Of a stretch of 64,000 nt of DNA, positions 37,461 through 48,680 are shown one piece after another (positions within the stretch are counted from its first letter, which is position 1; every line of letters begins with the position of its first letter). The position numbers and the translations under genes were made by a program. Location of the stretch: NCBI GenBank assembly GCA_032718475.1, contig JAUCBJ010008622.1:62001-126000 (forward strand), in the 5' to 3' direction. The notes under the pieces were generated by a model that saw nothing but the letters and a program-made list of their open reading frames with translations, had not been told where the DNA came from and searched no databases. The DNA is from Nemertoderma westbladi. Lineage: Eukaryota > Animalia > Xenacoelomorpha.

Positions 37461-38641
37461 TGTTCGCGCTTTCAGACCTTTGGCAGTTTAACCCGCCAAA
37501 TTAGGATGTCTTCTAGATAATAAATCGCTTTAGCCTCTAACAAGTATTTGATTCACTACACTAGTTGAAACCAATCTGTGCGCGATCATTCACCCGTTGG
37601 ATATACCCGGGAGATTGACTTCGACGGCTTAATCGTATTGCTATGTAAGCCTAATGTATTATTCGACTGACAGTATTATATAATCTCTGACAATATTATT
37701 CACCTTCGGGGAATATTAACAGTTCCTTTAGGACGTGGCGCTCTATCTATATAAACAGAGTTATGACTTAAACTACTCACAACGATATGGCTTAGTTACA
37801 ATTCACATATATGGCGCATTCTTTAGGAAATGCTTCGTTATCAGTCTCACTCATACACAATGCTGCACAATACTGCACACTAATCTGCCGATCTTCACTG
37901 ATTTTATTCACATATAAAAGGAACACAGACCGACTCATGTAGGGTCTATCAAATAACATTAGATTCACTTCAAACCACTTTAACATAAGTCGCAATCGTT
38001 ATATGTAACCTTTCTCTCTTACCTTCGGAATATTGGGTTTCGGGGTTATTTCTTGTTATTCCAAATATAATAATTCATCAACAAATATAATGAATAACCG
38101 ACAGCAAAGCAGTAATGTTAAGTTAAGTTGCACAGTATGGGCCAGTTAACCAGTGTTAACCAGTGCAGATAACATTGAGTTACCCAGATAACGGATATAT
38201 GTCCTTATAATTAAGCCTACTAGTGTAAGGCTAAAGCAGAAAAGCACAAAATACTCCAAAGCCGTTCTTCCTTGGCTCAGGACTGAATGATAACACTGCC
38301 CATAATGCATTACGTGATTTCTCGGAAATTTTTGTACAAGAGCCATAAAAATGCTCTGATTGGCTGACTGAACTAAGAGAGAACAAAGAAACAAAGAAAT
38401 GTTCTACGTGGCAATATCAGCTGTTAGCCGTCGTCATGGTAGCGACACTGTTTTCAAGAGTATCCAGCTATTGCGTCACGAAATTACGGATTATGTCCTT
38501 TAAAGTACACATACAGAAGAAATGGCTTTTATGTCCTCTAAAACACTAGTACAGTAAGGACACGGCCTTTTTATGCCTGGTAAACCAACTACAGAGTACT
38601 TTACGGGAAAATAACCGGCTAATTTCGCAAAAGCTTTTACA
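37461..38641 (-). repeat. E2 5' LTR
   Basis: Direct repeat of 26455-27644. Confidence 0.95.
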
Positions 38642-38646
38642 ACATG

Positions 38647-39090
38647 GGTGGAGTTGATCGTCAAGACCAATATATATCTGCATACAACCCTCTTAGAAAG
38701 AGCCATATCTGGTTCAAGAAGGTAGGCTTCAATATAATAATGCGTCTGCTGGTGAATGCATTTATTATCTATAAACAGGAGAAGAACTCAAAGGCCCGAC
38801 TCCTAGACTTCATAAAAACGACTGTGATTTGGTTGACTGATATGCCGACCACTTCGAAAGGGAAATCTGGCGCATCCGCTATCCAGCCCATTCAACCTGC
38901 CCAACTTCATACTCTTGTTCCGCATCCACCTACACCTAAAAAGAATAGACCAACCTATCGGTGTCGTGTGTGCTATTCCAATAGCAAGAAACGCAAAGAA
39001 ACTCGATACTACTGTCCACAATGTGCTACAAAGCCAGCACTTTGTCTGGGTGGGTGTGCAGCGAAGTGGCACGAGTCAGTTTCCCAATAA
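38647..39090 (+). CDS. piggyBac transposase, C-part with Cys-rich domain
   Basis: GGVDRQDQ, WFKK and CRVC...ETRYYCPQC...LC...C. Confidence 0.92.
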   Translation, partial: GGVDRQDQYISAYNPLRKSHIWFKKVGFNIIMRLLVNAFIIYKQEKNSKARLLDFIKTTVIWLTDMPTTSKGKSGASAIQPIQPAQLHTLVPHPPTPKKNRPTYRCRVCYSNSKKRKETRYYCPQCATKPALCLGGCAAKWHESVSQ

Positions 39091-39149
39091 CTTCGTATTG
39101 CGTCATGTGTGAATTATTATTATATTTGGATGAATTATTATTTTGAATT

Positions 39150-39810
39150 CATTATAATGTATCTGCAGGGTGATGCTGGGTTTCACCTGGGACTAAGGGA
39201 ATTGAAATGGTATGTCGACGATGTGCCCATGACAACCGCCGTGGTCGATTTACTGGGAGTAGCCATACTTTAGGACAGTAGGCTTTGAATACATTATAAT
39301 GTATCTGCAGGGTGATGCTGGGTTTCACCTGGGACTAAGGGAATTGAAATGGTATGTCGGCGATGTGCCCATGACAACCGCCGTGGTCGATTTACTGGGG
39401 GTAGCCATACTTTAGGACAGTAGGCTTTGAATACATTATAATGTATCTGCAGGGTGATGCTGGGTTTCACCTGGGACTAAGGGAATTGAAATGGTATGTC
39501 GACGATGTGCCCATGACGACCGCCGTGGTCGATTTACTGGGGGTAGCCATACTTTAGGACAGTAGGCTTTGAATACATTATAATGTATCTGCAGGGTGAT
39601 GCTGGGTTTCACCTGGGATTAAGGGAATTGAAATGGTATGTCGACGATGTGCTCATGACAACCGCCGTGGTCGATTTACTGGGGGTAGCCATAATTTTGG
39701 CCAGTAGGCTTTGAATACAGTTATATTGTATCTGCAGGGCGATGCTGGGTTTCACCTGGGGCTAAGACTAAGAAGGAACTGAAATTGTACGTCGACAATG
39801 TGCCCAAGTG
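39150..39810. repeat. 142-bp tandem repeat (~4.5 copies) in the piggyBac 3' region
   Basis: ATTATAATGTATCTGCAGGG recurs at 39151, 39293, 39435 and 39577, with a variant near 39720. Confidence 0.92.
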
Positions 39811-40089
39811 CAAGTGTGTCAAAGGTTACAGAATTAAATAACGATTCCAAAACTGTTTCATTTTTGAAAATCTGATGAGCCGTTCATTTGATATGCCATG
39901 AGACGTAATGGTGTGAAATTTGAATTTTGGTTTGAATTTTGCCCGGTTCTGGGGTGTAAATAGTCTCTGTTTCCCGTACTGAAGGGGTTAAGCAGGAATT
40001 GCACAAAGTAAGTACTGTATATTCTACATAAATTATTAACATTGGGTTGCTTGTAGAATAGTCGTAGTCTGTCCTAGTGTCCAGAATAG

Positions 40090-40660
40090 CTCAACTGTCC
40101 TCGTGTTCAGTCTCCTTATATTTTATTCTTCTACATCTTTAATTTCGTCTGTTTCGATTGATTCACAACAATATATATATACATATAAGCAACTGGCTGC
40201 TCCTATAGGCGCACATAGAGCAAAAACACCACCTTCACCAATTTTAATTGATGTTAACGACGTATTGACTAACAGGGGGTTGTTATTAATATATTAACTT
40301 AAAGGAAGAACAGGAGTCTTACACCCCCAATAATTTTATTACTTTATATAATTACTCTCTTATTACTTTTTATTACTTGTTATTTTATACCCCCATTTTA
40401 TTGGGGGTGTAAGAGTCATGTTCTTCCTTTAAGTTAATACCTTCACCAATGGTATTCGTAGTGGTTAAATATTGACAGTCAACATTTGATAACCAATGAA
40501 CGCTGGTTGCTATATGTAATTGCCAGTACTCCTGGCCCAATTAGGAAATACCTCTGAATTGATTGTCCATGGGATGGCAGCCACACCAAAACCAATATAT
40601 GCCATGAACAAGGTGACAGCCGTTACAAGCAAATAGGAGTATCCAAAATATGGGATGCGG
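40090..40660 (-). pseudogene. Fragment of MFS sugar/myo-inositol transporter (SLC2A13/HMIT-like C-terminal TMs)
   Basis: AYIGFGVAAIPWTINSEVFPNWARSTGN followed by IGEGGVFALCA...IET; contains stops and a MITE. Confidence 0.7.
40292..40439. mobile_element. Small palindromic MITE (second copy at 47050-47189)
   Basis: About 50-bp inverted repeats, TATTAACTTAAAGGAAGAACA...CACCCCCAATAA. Confidence 0.75.
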
Positions 40661-41385
40661 ATCAACGATTTCGAGATATAAAGGCAGAAAAGATAATAAT
40701 ACAAGAGAAAAGTATGGACGACGCCAAGTTAGCCTAGTACTAAACTGCTTTACTCGAGCGAGATCTCCTAATCGAGGAGGATAGGGAAAGAGGGATCGAG
40801 CGGGAGTATGAACCCAGCCCCATCCACGAGTTGGAGAAAACCAATCCATTCAAGGAACCCGCTCCTCTCCAACCTATCCTTAACCCTATTAAACCAGGGG
40901 GGGAGGGGGGGTATCAATATGACCCGCCCCGTGGTTTTTTTGGTTATAACTCTGAAACAAACGCAGTGGAGAATCTGAAATTTTGTGAATTTTCCTAAAA
41001 ATCTATTGACTTCTTGATAGTTAAAACGGTTTTCAAAATTATTAGAAAGTTTTCTAGTTATAGCACCATTTTTTAACCCTACTTTTGGTACTTTTTTGAG
41101 GCGTTTTTTGAAAATTACATTTCATTAAATATGAATTGTAACATCTATATTTTGGATTTACATCGGTTTTTTGGTGTTTACAATTAGATGGAATCTAAAT
41201 TAATTTAGAAATTTCAAACATTTTTTTTCGGCGTGTGCCAATTTTGGTGCCAGCAATTAATTGAAGCAGTAGGCCTAGTCTCTGATTACAGCTGCGCTGG
41301 TAAATACAGCTGGTATATGTGTGTAAAATAATGTTGGTAGAATATTATTATAATTATTAGTTGAATAAGTACTATATATTCTTAC

Positions 41386-41553
41386 CTGTTGTTGTTGGAA
41401 CTGTAGTTGGAGCTGTGGTTGTTGGAACTGTAGTTGGAGCTGTTGTTGTTGGAATTGTAGTTGGATCTGTGGTTGTAGGAACTGTTGTTGGAGCTGTGGT
41501 TGTAGGAACTGTTGTTGGAGCTGTGGTTGTAGGAACTGTTGTTGGAGCTGAAA
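41386..41553 (-). CDS. Host exon, Thr-rich mucin-like (6 x APTTVPTTT), phase 1-1
   Basis: Acceptor ATTTCAG, donor GTAAGA, 168 bp, open frame. Paralog of 24221-24334. Confidence 0.7.
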
Positions 41554-41879
41554 CTGAAATATATAAAATATAAATAAAACATATTATTATTATTATTATT
41601 ATGTTTAATTTCGTGCAAGAACATTAATGTAAACATTATGTAGCACCGCACAACTCTACTGTAGGCTACTACTGTATCTATAAACTAATATAAAGCAACT
41701 ACAGTACCTAGCAGCTAGCACAATGTACTGTAAGAATGAGACGTTATTAATGGGCGCACCCAAAAAAAGAAAAGGAATGTAGAAACTATCGGCCATAAGT
41801 TAATAATGAAATACCAAAGTGTTCATAAATTGTATAGATTGAAAAGAGAATAGAGTACAAATTACTAATTGGATATAGG

Positions 41880-44744
41880 TTAGTTTTCATAGACCCCTAA
41901 AACAATATTCCAGCGAGATCTAAGCGTAGACATACCAATAGAGTTACAGGTACGAAGTATAGGATTTGAAGATATTGAAACACGATGTAACAGTGAAAAA
42001 ATAGCAGTACGACAAATTGATTTAAAAGTATTGATACGGTTCAAACAAAATAAAGTGTTGGCGTCTTCGGTACTACAATATGAAAATAATTGACGGAAAG
42101 CGTAATTGTAAGCTACCTTTAATCTACGTAAGGATTCAACACGAAACACAGACCATAGAGAACAACAGTATAAGTTATAACAATAAGTTTTGAAAATAAT
42201 GGATTTTATAGGTAAAGAGCATTTATTAAACGTTCTGGCTAATTGATTACCACGACAATATAAGGTTGATTTCAAACGCTTAATGTCAGGTTCATCAGAT
42301 AGGTTGCAACAGAGGGTATGCCCTAAGTAACAGTATTCTAGAACACAAGGGAGGATCATACCACAAAGGTATACGTCACCAGCTCGTCCAAATTGTGAAG
42401 GGATAAAATACATACACTTTGATTTAACGAAATTAAACATAACATCAAATTTAGCACCATAATCTTCACAAATTTTAAGTAAAGACCGTAAACCAAAAAT
42501 ACTGGGAGCCATTAAACTTAGATCATCGGCATACAATAGATGGTTGATTACAATATTACCAACCTTACAACCTGCAGGACATTTGTTCAATAAAATACTT
42601 AAGTCATTCAAGTATATGTTAAATAGAAGAGGAGAAAGCAAACTACCCTGTCGTACACCATTACATACAGTGAAGGGTACGCTTGTTGCGCTGCCCCAAC
42701 GTACCGCTAGCAATTGATTGGTATACCAAAAATATAGTAAACGTATTACACCAAGGGGAACTTTAAGATAAATTAACTTTTTAAAAAGTTTTACATAATT
42801 AACACGGTCGAATGCCTTAGAAGCATCCAAAAAAGCTGTAAAAGCAGGGGTGTCTCTAGATACAAAATAATGGACTGTCTCTTTAAATGCAAAAATACAG
42901 GTTTCAGTACCAAGACCGGGTTGAAATCCAAACTGGTTCGGCGTGATATTCACACAATTCGTAATTAGCATAAGGAAGCAAAACTCTAACAACTTGGAAC
43001 AAGCATTAGATGTGGCTATAGGTCTATAATTTAACTGATCAGTAAGTTTATTGTTCTTATTTTTAACGATAGGCATTAAGTGACTGGTAATTAACGAGAC
43101 TGGCAAAAACCCATGTGAAATAAATGAATTGAATAGTAAACTAAGAACAACCGCCAATCGACACCCTGCATAATACCAGCACTCAGGCGCCAACTGGTCT
43201 GGCCCAGAAGCCTTACCAAGTTTAAGACTAGCTAAAGCCTCTTCCACATTCCTTGGGAAAATATGGATTCTATCAGATCCATCCCAAGTTTCAAACTTAC
43301 TCTTTAAGAATGTAACGTCAGCCAAATCAGGCTCTACACTATTATATGTAGATTCGTAGCCATTACTAAACAAATTGGCAATGTCCTCATCATTGTGGGC
43401 ATTACCTATGATATTAGCACGTGGAACTTTTGTGTTACAGTGTTTTTGGGCGCAGTGCCAAAAATCCTTGCTGGAAGACAGGAACGACTGAGCTAACTTG
43501 TCATTTCTTATTGTTGCTTCATTTTTTCTACAATTTTTCAGCGCCAGTTTATACTGCGCGCAACTTTTACGTTTTAATTCCCATAGAATTCCAGAGCGAG
43601 GTTTACCGTTATCCCTCCAGTGTTGAGAAGCTTCAATAGAGGCTTCGCGCTTCTCCTTAACGAAGTCGTTCCAGCCAGGAATATGGACCCGCTTGTTATT
43701 ACTACAATTACCGGAAGAAGTTACTGGTATATGGATATCAGTGGCGGTGCTGAAAATATTACAGATTTCAGTGTAACAATTATCAAGCGCCCGTAAATGG
43801 ACAACATTACTACAATGAACATCACAGCAGATTATACTATCGAGAGGCAGAATCAAGTTGGAAAGATAGTCATTAACTTGATTTGTATAATTAAAAATGT
43901 TATTGGGCAATGCCTTGCTCCAATTAGGTACCGCAGTAAACTTGGGCTCACGATCAGCACAGCAGTGCTCCACTGAGCCCATGTTTATGTTGGTATCCAT
44001 AGAAACCGGTATATGATCACTACCTACCAAATTATATAAAAGCGAAATTTTAGATATAGAGGTATGAAAATCGTTACTAGAAATAATGTGATCAAGCCAC
44101 GAGACAGAACCGTGGGCTGAACTAATAAATGAGAAGGAATCAGTGGGTAATACAATTTTGTCTGAAAATGTAAGACCTGAAAAATTACAAAAACACTCCA
44201 GATTTTTACCAAAAGTATTAGCAGGGTTGGCGTTGAAATCGCCAATAATACAACTACGGCTACCGGGGTATTCGGTAACGATACCATGGCATTTACCCAG
44301 TAAAGAACTAAATAAATCACGATTAATAGGTGAGTCACATGGAGCATATATGTTAATAAAAAGCACCAAATTACCATCCGAGGTAGCTACTGTGCAACCC
44401 AGGAGACGCTCATCGTCATATTGTATACAAGTTACTAAGTGAGATATGGACTTTCTCCATAAGATAGCTAGACCCCCAAAGGGACGACCAGACCGGGGAC
44501 CATCTGATAAGTCTACCGAGGAAACCCCATACCCAAGAAATTCCGGATGTATAGAATTGAGTTTACTTAAGTCTTGCTTATAGAGCCACGTCTCTTGGAG
44601 AAATACAAGGTCATGTGAGTTACATAGGTCGAGAATAACCACACCGTTGTTATTCAAACCCGAACAGTTATATGTACAAACTCTAAGTGGGGCCTGTATT
44701 GGATCCATTGCGATTTGCTGAGTCACGACGAGGGCGCGAAACAA
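41880..44744 (-). CDS. LINE D ORF2: APE endonuclease and reverse transcriptase, intact
   Basis: TYNCSG, LQETWL, IGDFN, LDHI, SDH, NYRPI, DASKAFD, QGSLLSP, YADD and YLG. Confidence 0.95.
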   Translation of the reverse strand: MFRALVVTQQIAMDPIQAPLRVCTYNCSGLNNNGVVILDLCNSHDLVFLQETWLYKQDLSKLNSIHPEFLGYGVSSVDLSDGPRSGRPFGGLAILWRKSISHLVTCIQYDDERLLGCTVATSDGNLVLFINIYAPCDSPINRDLFSSLLGKCHGIVTEYPGSRSCIIGDFNANPANTFGKNLECFCNFSGLTFSDKIVLPTDSFSFISSAHGSVSWLDHIISSNDFHTSISKISLLYNLVGSDHIPVSMDTNINMGSVEHCCADREPKFTAVPNWSKALPNNIFNYTNQVNDYLSNLILPLDSIICCDVHCSNVVHLRALDNCYTEICNIFSTATDIHIPVTSSGNCSNNKRVHIPGWNDFVKEKREASIEASQHWRDNGKPRSGILWELKRKSCAQYKLALKNCRKNEATIRNDKLAQSFLSSSKDFWHCAQKHCNTKVPRANIIGNAHNDEDIANLFSNGYESTYNSVEPDLADVTFLKSKFETWDGSDRIHIFPRNVEEALASLKLGKASGPDQLAPECWYYAGCRLAVVLSLLFNSFISHGFLPVSLITSHLMPIVKNKNNKLTDQLNYRPIATSNACSKLLEFCFLMLITNCVNITPNQFGFQPGLGTETCIFAFKETVHYFVSRDTPAFTAFLDASKAFDRVNYVKLFKKLIYLKVPLGVIRLLYFWYTNQLLAVRWGSATSVPFTVCNGVRQGSLLSPLLFNIYLNDLSILLNKCPAGCKVGNIVINHLLYADDLSLMAPSIFGLRSLLKICEDYGAKFDVMFNFVKSKCMYFIPSQFGRAGDVYLCGMILPCVLEYCYLGHTLCCNLSDEPDIKRLKSTLYCRGNQLARTFNKCSLPIKSIIFKTYCYNLYCCSLWSVFRVESLRRLKVAYNYAFRQLFSYCSTEDANTLFCLNRINTFKSICRTAIFSLLHRVSISSNPILRTCNSIGMSTLRSRWNIVLGVYEN

Positions 44745-45915
44745 AGTACTTCTTTACTAACACCCCTTCCGGCCATGACTCGCATTCGAGAAGTTTATTA
44801 GAATCCGCCTGGTTAGCGCAACTTACAATGAAAGAGTTGTAAGAATTGTCATTCTTGTCAGGGTTCTCCGTAACGAGAGCGACTATATCATGGTTATCTT
44901 TAATGAAAGCGACAATCTCTTCTGAGGTTACTGTGGAGTCCAGTCTTGATATGAAAACCCGATTGTTAGAGGAAGATGGCTTCTTGGCCACCTGGAGGGC
45001 GGTAAAGTTGCCAGTACCAACTCTGGCTGGTGGCCGATTTCTCTCTTTCCGGTTACGAACGAGAGTAAACCCGTCGGGTACCTGAATGTCAGGTGGACCA
45101 CCACGCCCGGTAACAGAACCGCTTGGTGGAGGAACGGTAGACATAGACGGGGGTTGTTGTAAAACGACATTAGAATACAATGGTGCTGGCGGAGCCGTTA
45201 CAATGCTCGAAGATTCAGTAGGAAAAGGAGGAGATGCAGGAGATCTGTTCGCAGTCGCTCCATAAGTAGAAGTATTCATGGAAATAATACTTCCTGCAAC
45301 ATTGCAGAATCGAGAAGTGTCGCCAGTTGCACCGGCAACAGACAAAGCATTAACGGTAGCCAAGGCACACTTCATCGCTGTTTTCACTTCGACTAATTCA
45401 GCACGGGTCACAGTGTTCTTAAGAGCTTCAACATGACCAGACACCGTTTGATGTAGGTCGTTTACAAGGCTGTTGAGGTTCCTGAGTTCCTCCGCCTGGA
45501 CCATGTCGTGAATGGAACGTTTATCTGAAGACGGAAGTCTTGAGGGATCAAGCGCAAAGAAGGTTGGTCGAGAGTCGGAGTCGACGAAGGCACTCTCTTG
45601 GAAAACGGCGTAGATATCACAAGCATGAGCCTGGGATTTCTTTTTACCGATGCGTCCGATCCAGGCAGGTAGAGGACGGTCAGGAACTGCGCAACTCACA
45701 GCCTCTGAGTAGAGTAGTTGCTTCGCCGCCAGAATTTCCTCTCCAGAGTAAAAGTGGCAAATAACGGAAATCAAAGAAGATTTATTCAACCTTGACATTT
45801 CATACTGAATGAAACAAAGTAGCTCGTTGCGGATCAGTTGCGAGCGACCGGAACCAATCGACCGGAAGCAAAGAAGCGTCACCAAGGGGGGTAACATCGT
45901 TATCGTTAATGCCAT
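44683..45915 (-). CDS. LINE D ORF1 (coiled coil and RRM-like)
   Basis: NELLCFI...EEILAAKQLL and VFISRL...WPEGVLVKKY. Confidence 0.85.
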   Translation of the reverse strand: MALTITMLPPLVTLLCFRSIGSGRSQLIRNELLCFIQYEMSRLNKSSLISVICHFYSGEEILAAKQLLYSEAVSCAVPDRPLPAWIGRIGKKKSQAHACDIYAVFQESAFVDSDSRPTFFALDPSRLPSSDKRSIHDMVQAEELRNLNSLVNDLHQTVSGHVEALKNTVTRAELVEVKTAMKCALATVNALSVAGATGDTSRFCNVAGSIISMNTSTYGATANRSPASPPFPTESSSIVTAPPAPLYSNVVLQQPPSMSTVPPPSGSVTGRGGPPDIQVPDGFTLVRNRKERNRPPARVGTGNFTALQVAKKPSSSNNRVFISRLDSTVTSEEIVAFIKDNHDIVALVTENPDKNDNSYNSFIVSCANQADSNKLLECESWPEGVLVKKYFVSRPRRDSANRNGSNTGPT

Positions 45916-46138
45916 CAGTTAGTAGAGAGTTGAAGTCGTCGTCATCAGAGTGATTAGTGTCTATACCTTCCAGATGACCCTGGGGTGTCAAAGAAGAACC
46001 ACGTTTAATTCTACAACTTTCACAGAGAAGTCGGTTGAGAAACATAGACAGGATAACACGACCTTGTGGCCCAGAGGGAGTCTCTGCAACATTGCAGTCG
46101 ATACAGCGCCGTGCCATTGCAGGCAATAAGAAGCCCAA
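45800..46138 (-). CDS. LINE D ORF1 N-terminal piece with CxxC...CxxC zinc finger (frame-offset from ORF1)
   Basis: CIDC...CESC; overlaps ORF1 in another frame. Confidence 0.5.
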   Translation of the reverse strand: MGFLLPAMARRCIDCNVAETPSGPQGRVILSMFLNRLLCESCRIKRGSSLTPQGHLEGIDTNHSDDDDFNSLLTDGINDNDVTPLGDASLLPVDWFRSLATDPQRATLFHSV

Positions 46139-46849
46139 ACGAGCTCGAAACGGATTATGGGTATTGGTACAGCAAAAAAAAGATTGATGTATGGCAGTAC
46201 AGCAGTAGGCCTACTGCAGTACTGCTGGCACTATTTTAGTCCTATTACCTGAATGCATTATTAGAACAGAATTGTAATATTATTCGTTATAGTAGTAATT
46301 AGGTTATATATAAAGTAAATTGTAAATGTATTACCACTCTCAGTTAAACCCACCAGCTGGAGAAGAATGTGCGAATGCAAACTCCAGGAATCGCTTTTGT
46401 AGAGTCGCCAAGCGGAAGGATAAGTTAGAATGGGTAATTAACTCGCCCTTCTTCGACCCAGGCAGCCCAGTAAATGTCCCATTCTCTCGCACCGAAGTTG
46501 AGCTTTGTATAAATAAACTGTTCGCGTTATTTTCAAATTTTGGTGGCGGGCATATATAAAAATAAACTTTAATGAACGATTATTCCCAAAAGTCCTGGAC
46601 ACCGTGTGAAAAACCCGGAACGATAAACCGACCTGGTAGCTAAGTGGCATTAAAACTAGCACTGAGTATTTTATTGGGCCGTTTCGACTGAGACATACAT
46701 GTAAAATTGTAAAGCTTCCATGTGACCCATTTATTTATTATATTAAGCAGGAATTGCACAAAGTAAGTACTGTATATTCTACATAAATTATTAACATTGG
46801 GTTGCTAGCAGAATAGTCGTAGTCTGTCCTCCTAGTGTCCAGAATATCT

Positions 46850-47410
46850 CAACTGTCCTCGTGTTCAGTCTCCTTATATTTTATTCTTCTACATCTTTAA
46901 TTTCGTCTGTTTCGATTGATTCACAACAATATATATATACATATAAGCAACTGGCTGCTCCTATAGGCGCACATAGAGCAAAAACACCACCTTCACCAAT
47001 GATAATTGATGTTAACGACGTATTGACTAACAGGGGGTTGTTATTAATATATTAACTTTAAAGGAAGAACAGGAGTCTTACACCCCCAATAATTTTATTA
47101 CTTTTATGTAATTACTCTCTTATTACTTTTTATTTTATACCCCCATTTTATTGGGGGTGTAAGAGTCATGTTCTTCCTTTAAGTTAATACCTTCCTTCAC
47201 CAATGGTATTCGTAGTGGTTATTGACAGTCAACATTTGATAACCAATGAACACTGGTTGCTATATGTAATTGCCAGTACTCCTGGCCCAATTAGGAAATA
47301 CCTCTGAATTGATTATCCATGGGATGGCAGCCACACCAAAACCAATATATGCCATGAACTGAACAAGGTGACAGCCGTTACAAGCAAATAGGAGTATCCA
47401 AATTATGGGA
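46850..47410 (-). pseudogene. Second copy of the SLC2A13-like fragment
   Basis: IPWIINSEVFPNWARSTGN; extra small indels. Confidence 0.7.
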
Positions 47411-47959
47411 TGCGTATCAACGATTTCGAGATATAAAGGCAGAAAAGATAATGATACAAGAGAAAAGTATGGACGACGCCAAGTTAGCCTAGTACTAAAC
47501 TGCTTTACTCGAGCGAGATCTCCTAATCGAGGAGGATAGGGAAAGAGGGATCGAGCGGGAGTATGAACCCAGCCCCATCCACGAGTTGGAGAAAACCAAT
47601 CCATTCAAGGAACCCGCTCCTCTCCAACCCATCCTTAACCCTATTAAACCAGGGGGGGGGGGGGGTATCAATATGACCCGCCCCGTGGTTTTTTTTGTTA
47701 TAACTCTGAAACAAACGCAGTGGAGAATCTGAAATTTTGTGACTTTTCCTAAAAATCTATTGACTTCTTGATAGTGAAAACGGTTTTCAAAATTATTAGG
47801 AAGTTTTCTAGTTATAGCACCATTTCTTAACCCTACTTTTGGTACTTTTTTGAGGCGTTTTTTGAAAATTACATTTCATGAAATATGATTTGTAACATCT
47901 CTATTTTTTATTTACACCAGTTTTTTGGTGTTTACAAGTAGATGGAATCTAAATTAATT

Positions 47960-48680
47960 TAGAAATTTCAAACTTTTTTCGGCGTGTGCCAATTTTGGTG
48001 CCAGCACCAAATTTTGAAATTTATGACAAATTTGTAAATTGATTGTTTGAACCTGTTTTTTGCGCATTTGGAGTTTTTTGGGGTGCTGATTTCGATGGAA
48101 TATATACGAGTTGCACCAAGAGTATGAAACTTGTATTTTTCGGCGCGGTCTGCAAAATTTGGTGCCAGCACGAAATTTTGAAAATTCATTCAATAGTTAA
48201 ATTGCTTGTGACAACTTGTTTCTCGCGTTTTAGAGGTTTATGGCGGTTCTGAATTCAATGAAATAAATAAATATCTATCTAGACATCTGAAACTTGTATT
48301 TTTCGGAAGTGGGTGCAATATTTGGTGCTAGCACCAAATTTTGAAAACCACCAAATATATCAATTAATTGTTTTAAATTGTTTCTTGCGTTATACGGGTT
48401 TGTAAGGGTTGCGGTTCTGAATTCAATGGAATATGTAAACATTGCATAGGAGTGTTCAAACTTAAATTTTTCGCCGGTAGGTGTAAATTGTTGTGCCAGC
48501 ACCAAATTTTGGAAAATAAGCAAATTGATCATTAGATAGTATCATCTTGTTCCTTGCGGTATACGGGTTTATGAGGGTCCGGAATCCGATGGAATCAGCA
48601 AAAACCGCACTAGACATTTCAAACTTGTAGATTTTGGTGATGGGTACGAAATTTGGTGCTATCACCAAAATTTGCCATAT
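47960..48680. repeat. Degenerate ~170-bp repeats with palindromic core AATTTTGGTGC-GCACCAAATT (likely inside a non-autonomous DNA element)
   Basis: Core recurs at ~47991, 48156, 48320, 48490 and 48650. Confidence 0.55.

Larger units (their letters stand above)
26455..38641 (-). mobile_element. BEL/Pao LTR element E2, non-autonomous (gag and PR present; RT, RNase H and IN deleted)
   Basis: ~1.19-kb LTRs, 5-bp TSD ACATG (26450-26454 / 38642-38646) and purine tract GGGAGCGG next to the 3' LTR. Confidence 0.92.
24863..39987 (+). mobile_element. piggyBac DNA transposon interrupted by BEL element E2
   Basis: TTAA TSD (24859-24862 / 39988-39991) and 15-bp TIR CCCCTTCAGTACGGG. The empty site TATTAAGCAG is present in the paralogous copy at 46741. 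Confidence 0.95.
41587..46258 (-). mobile_element. Near full-length LINE D (APE-RT, Proto2-like, clade tentative)
   Basis: (TAA)n tail at ~41582-41601 and short TSD TATTA. The empty site CATATTAGAACAG is present in the paralog at 24361. Confidence 0.9.

Noticed and set aside
39150-39810. CRISPR-like arrays (also 12324-12809, 56390-56632, 49725-53597)
   Set aside because: No unique spacers, no cas genes, and a eukaryotic context.
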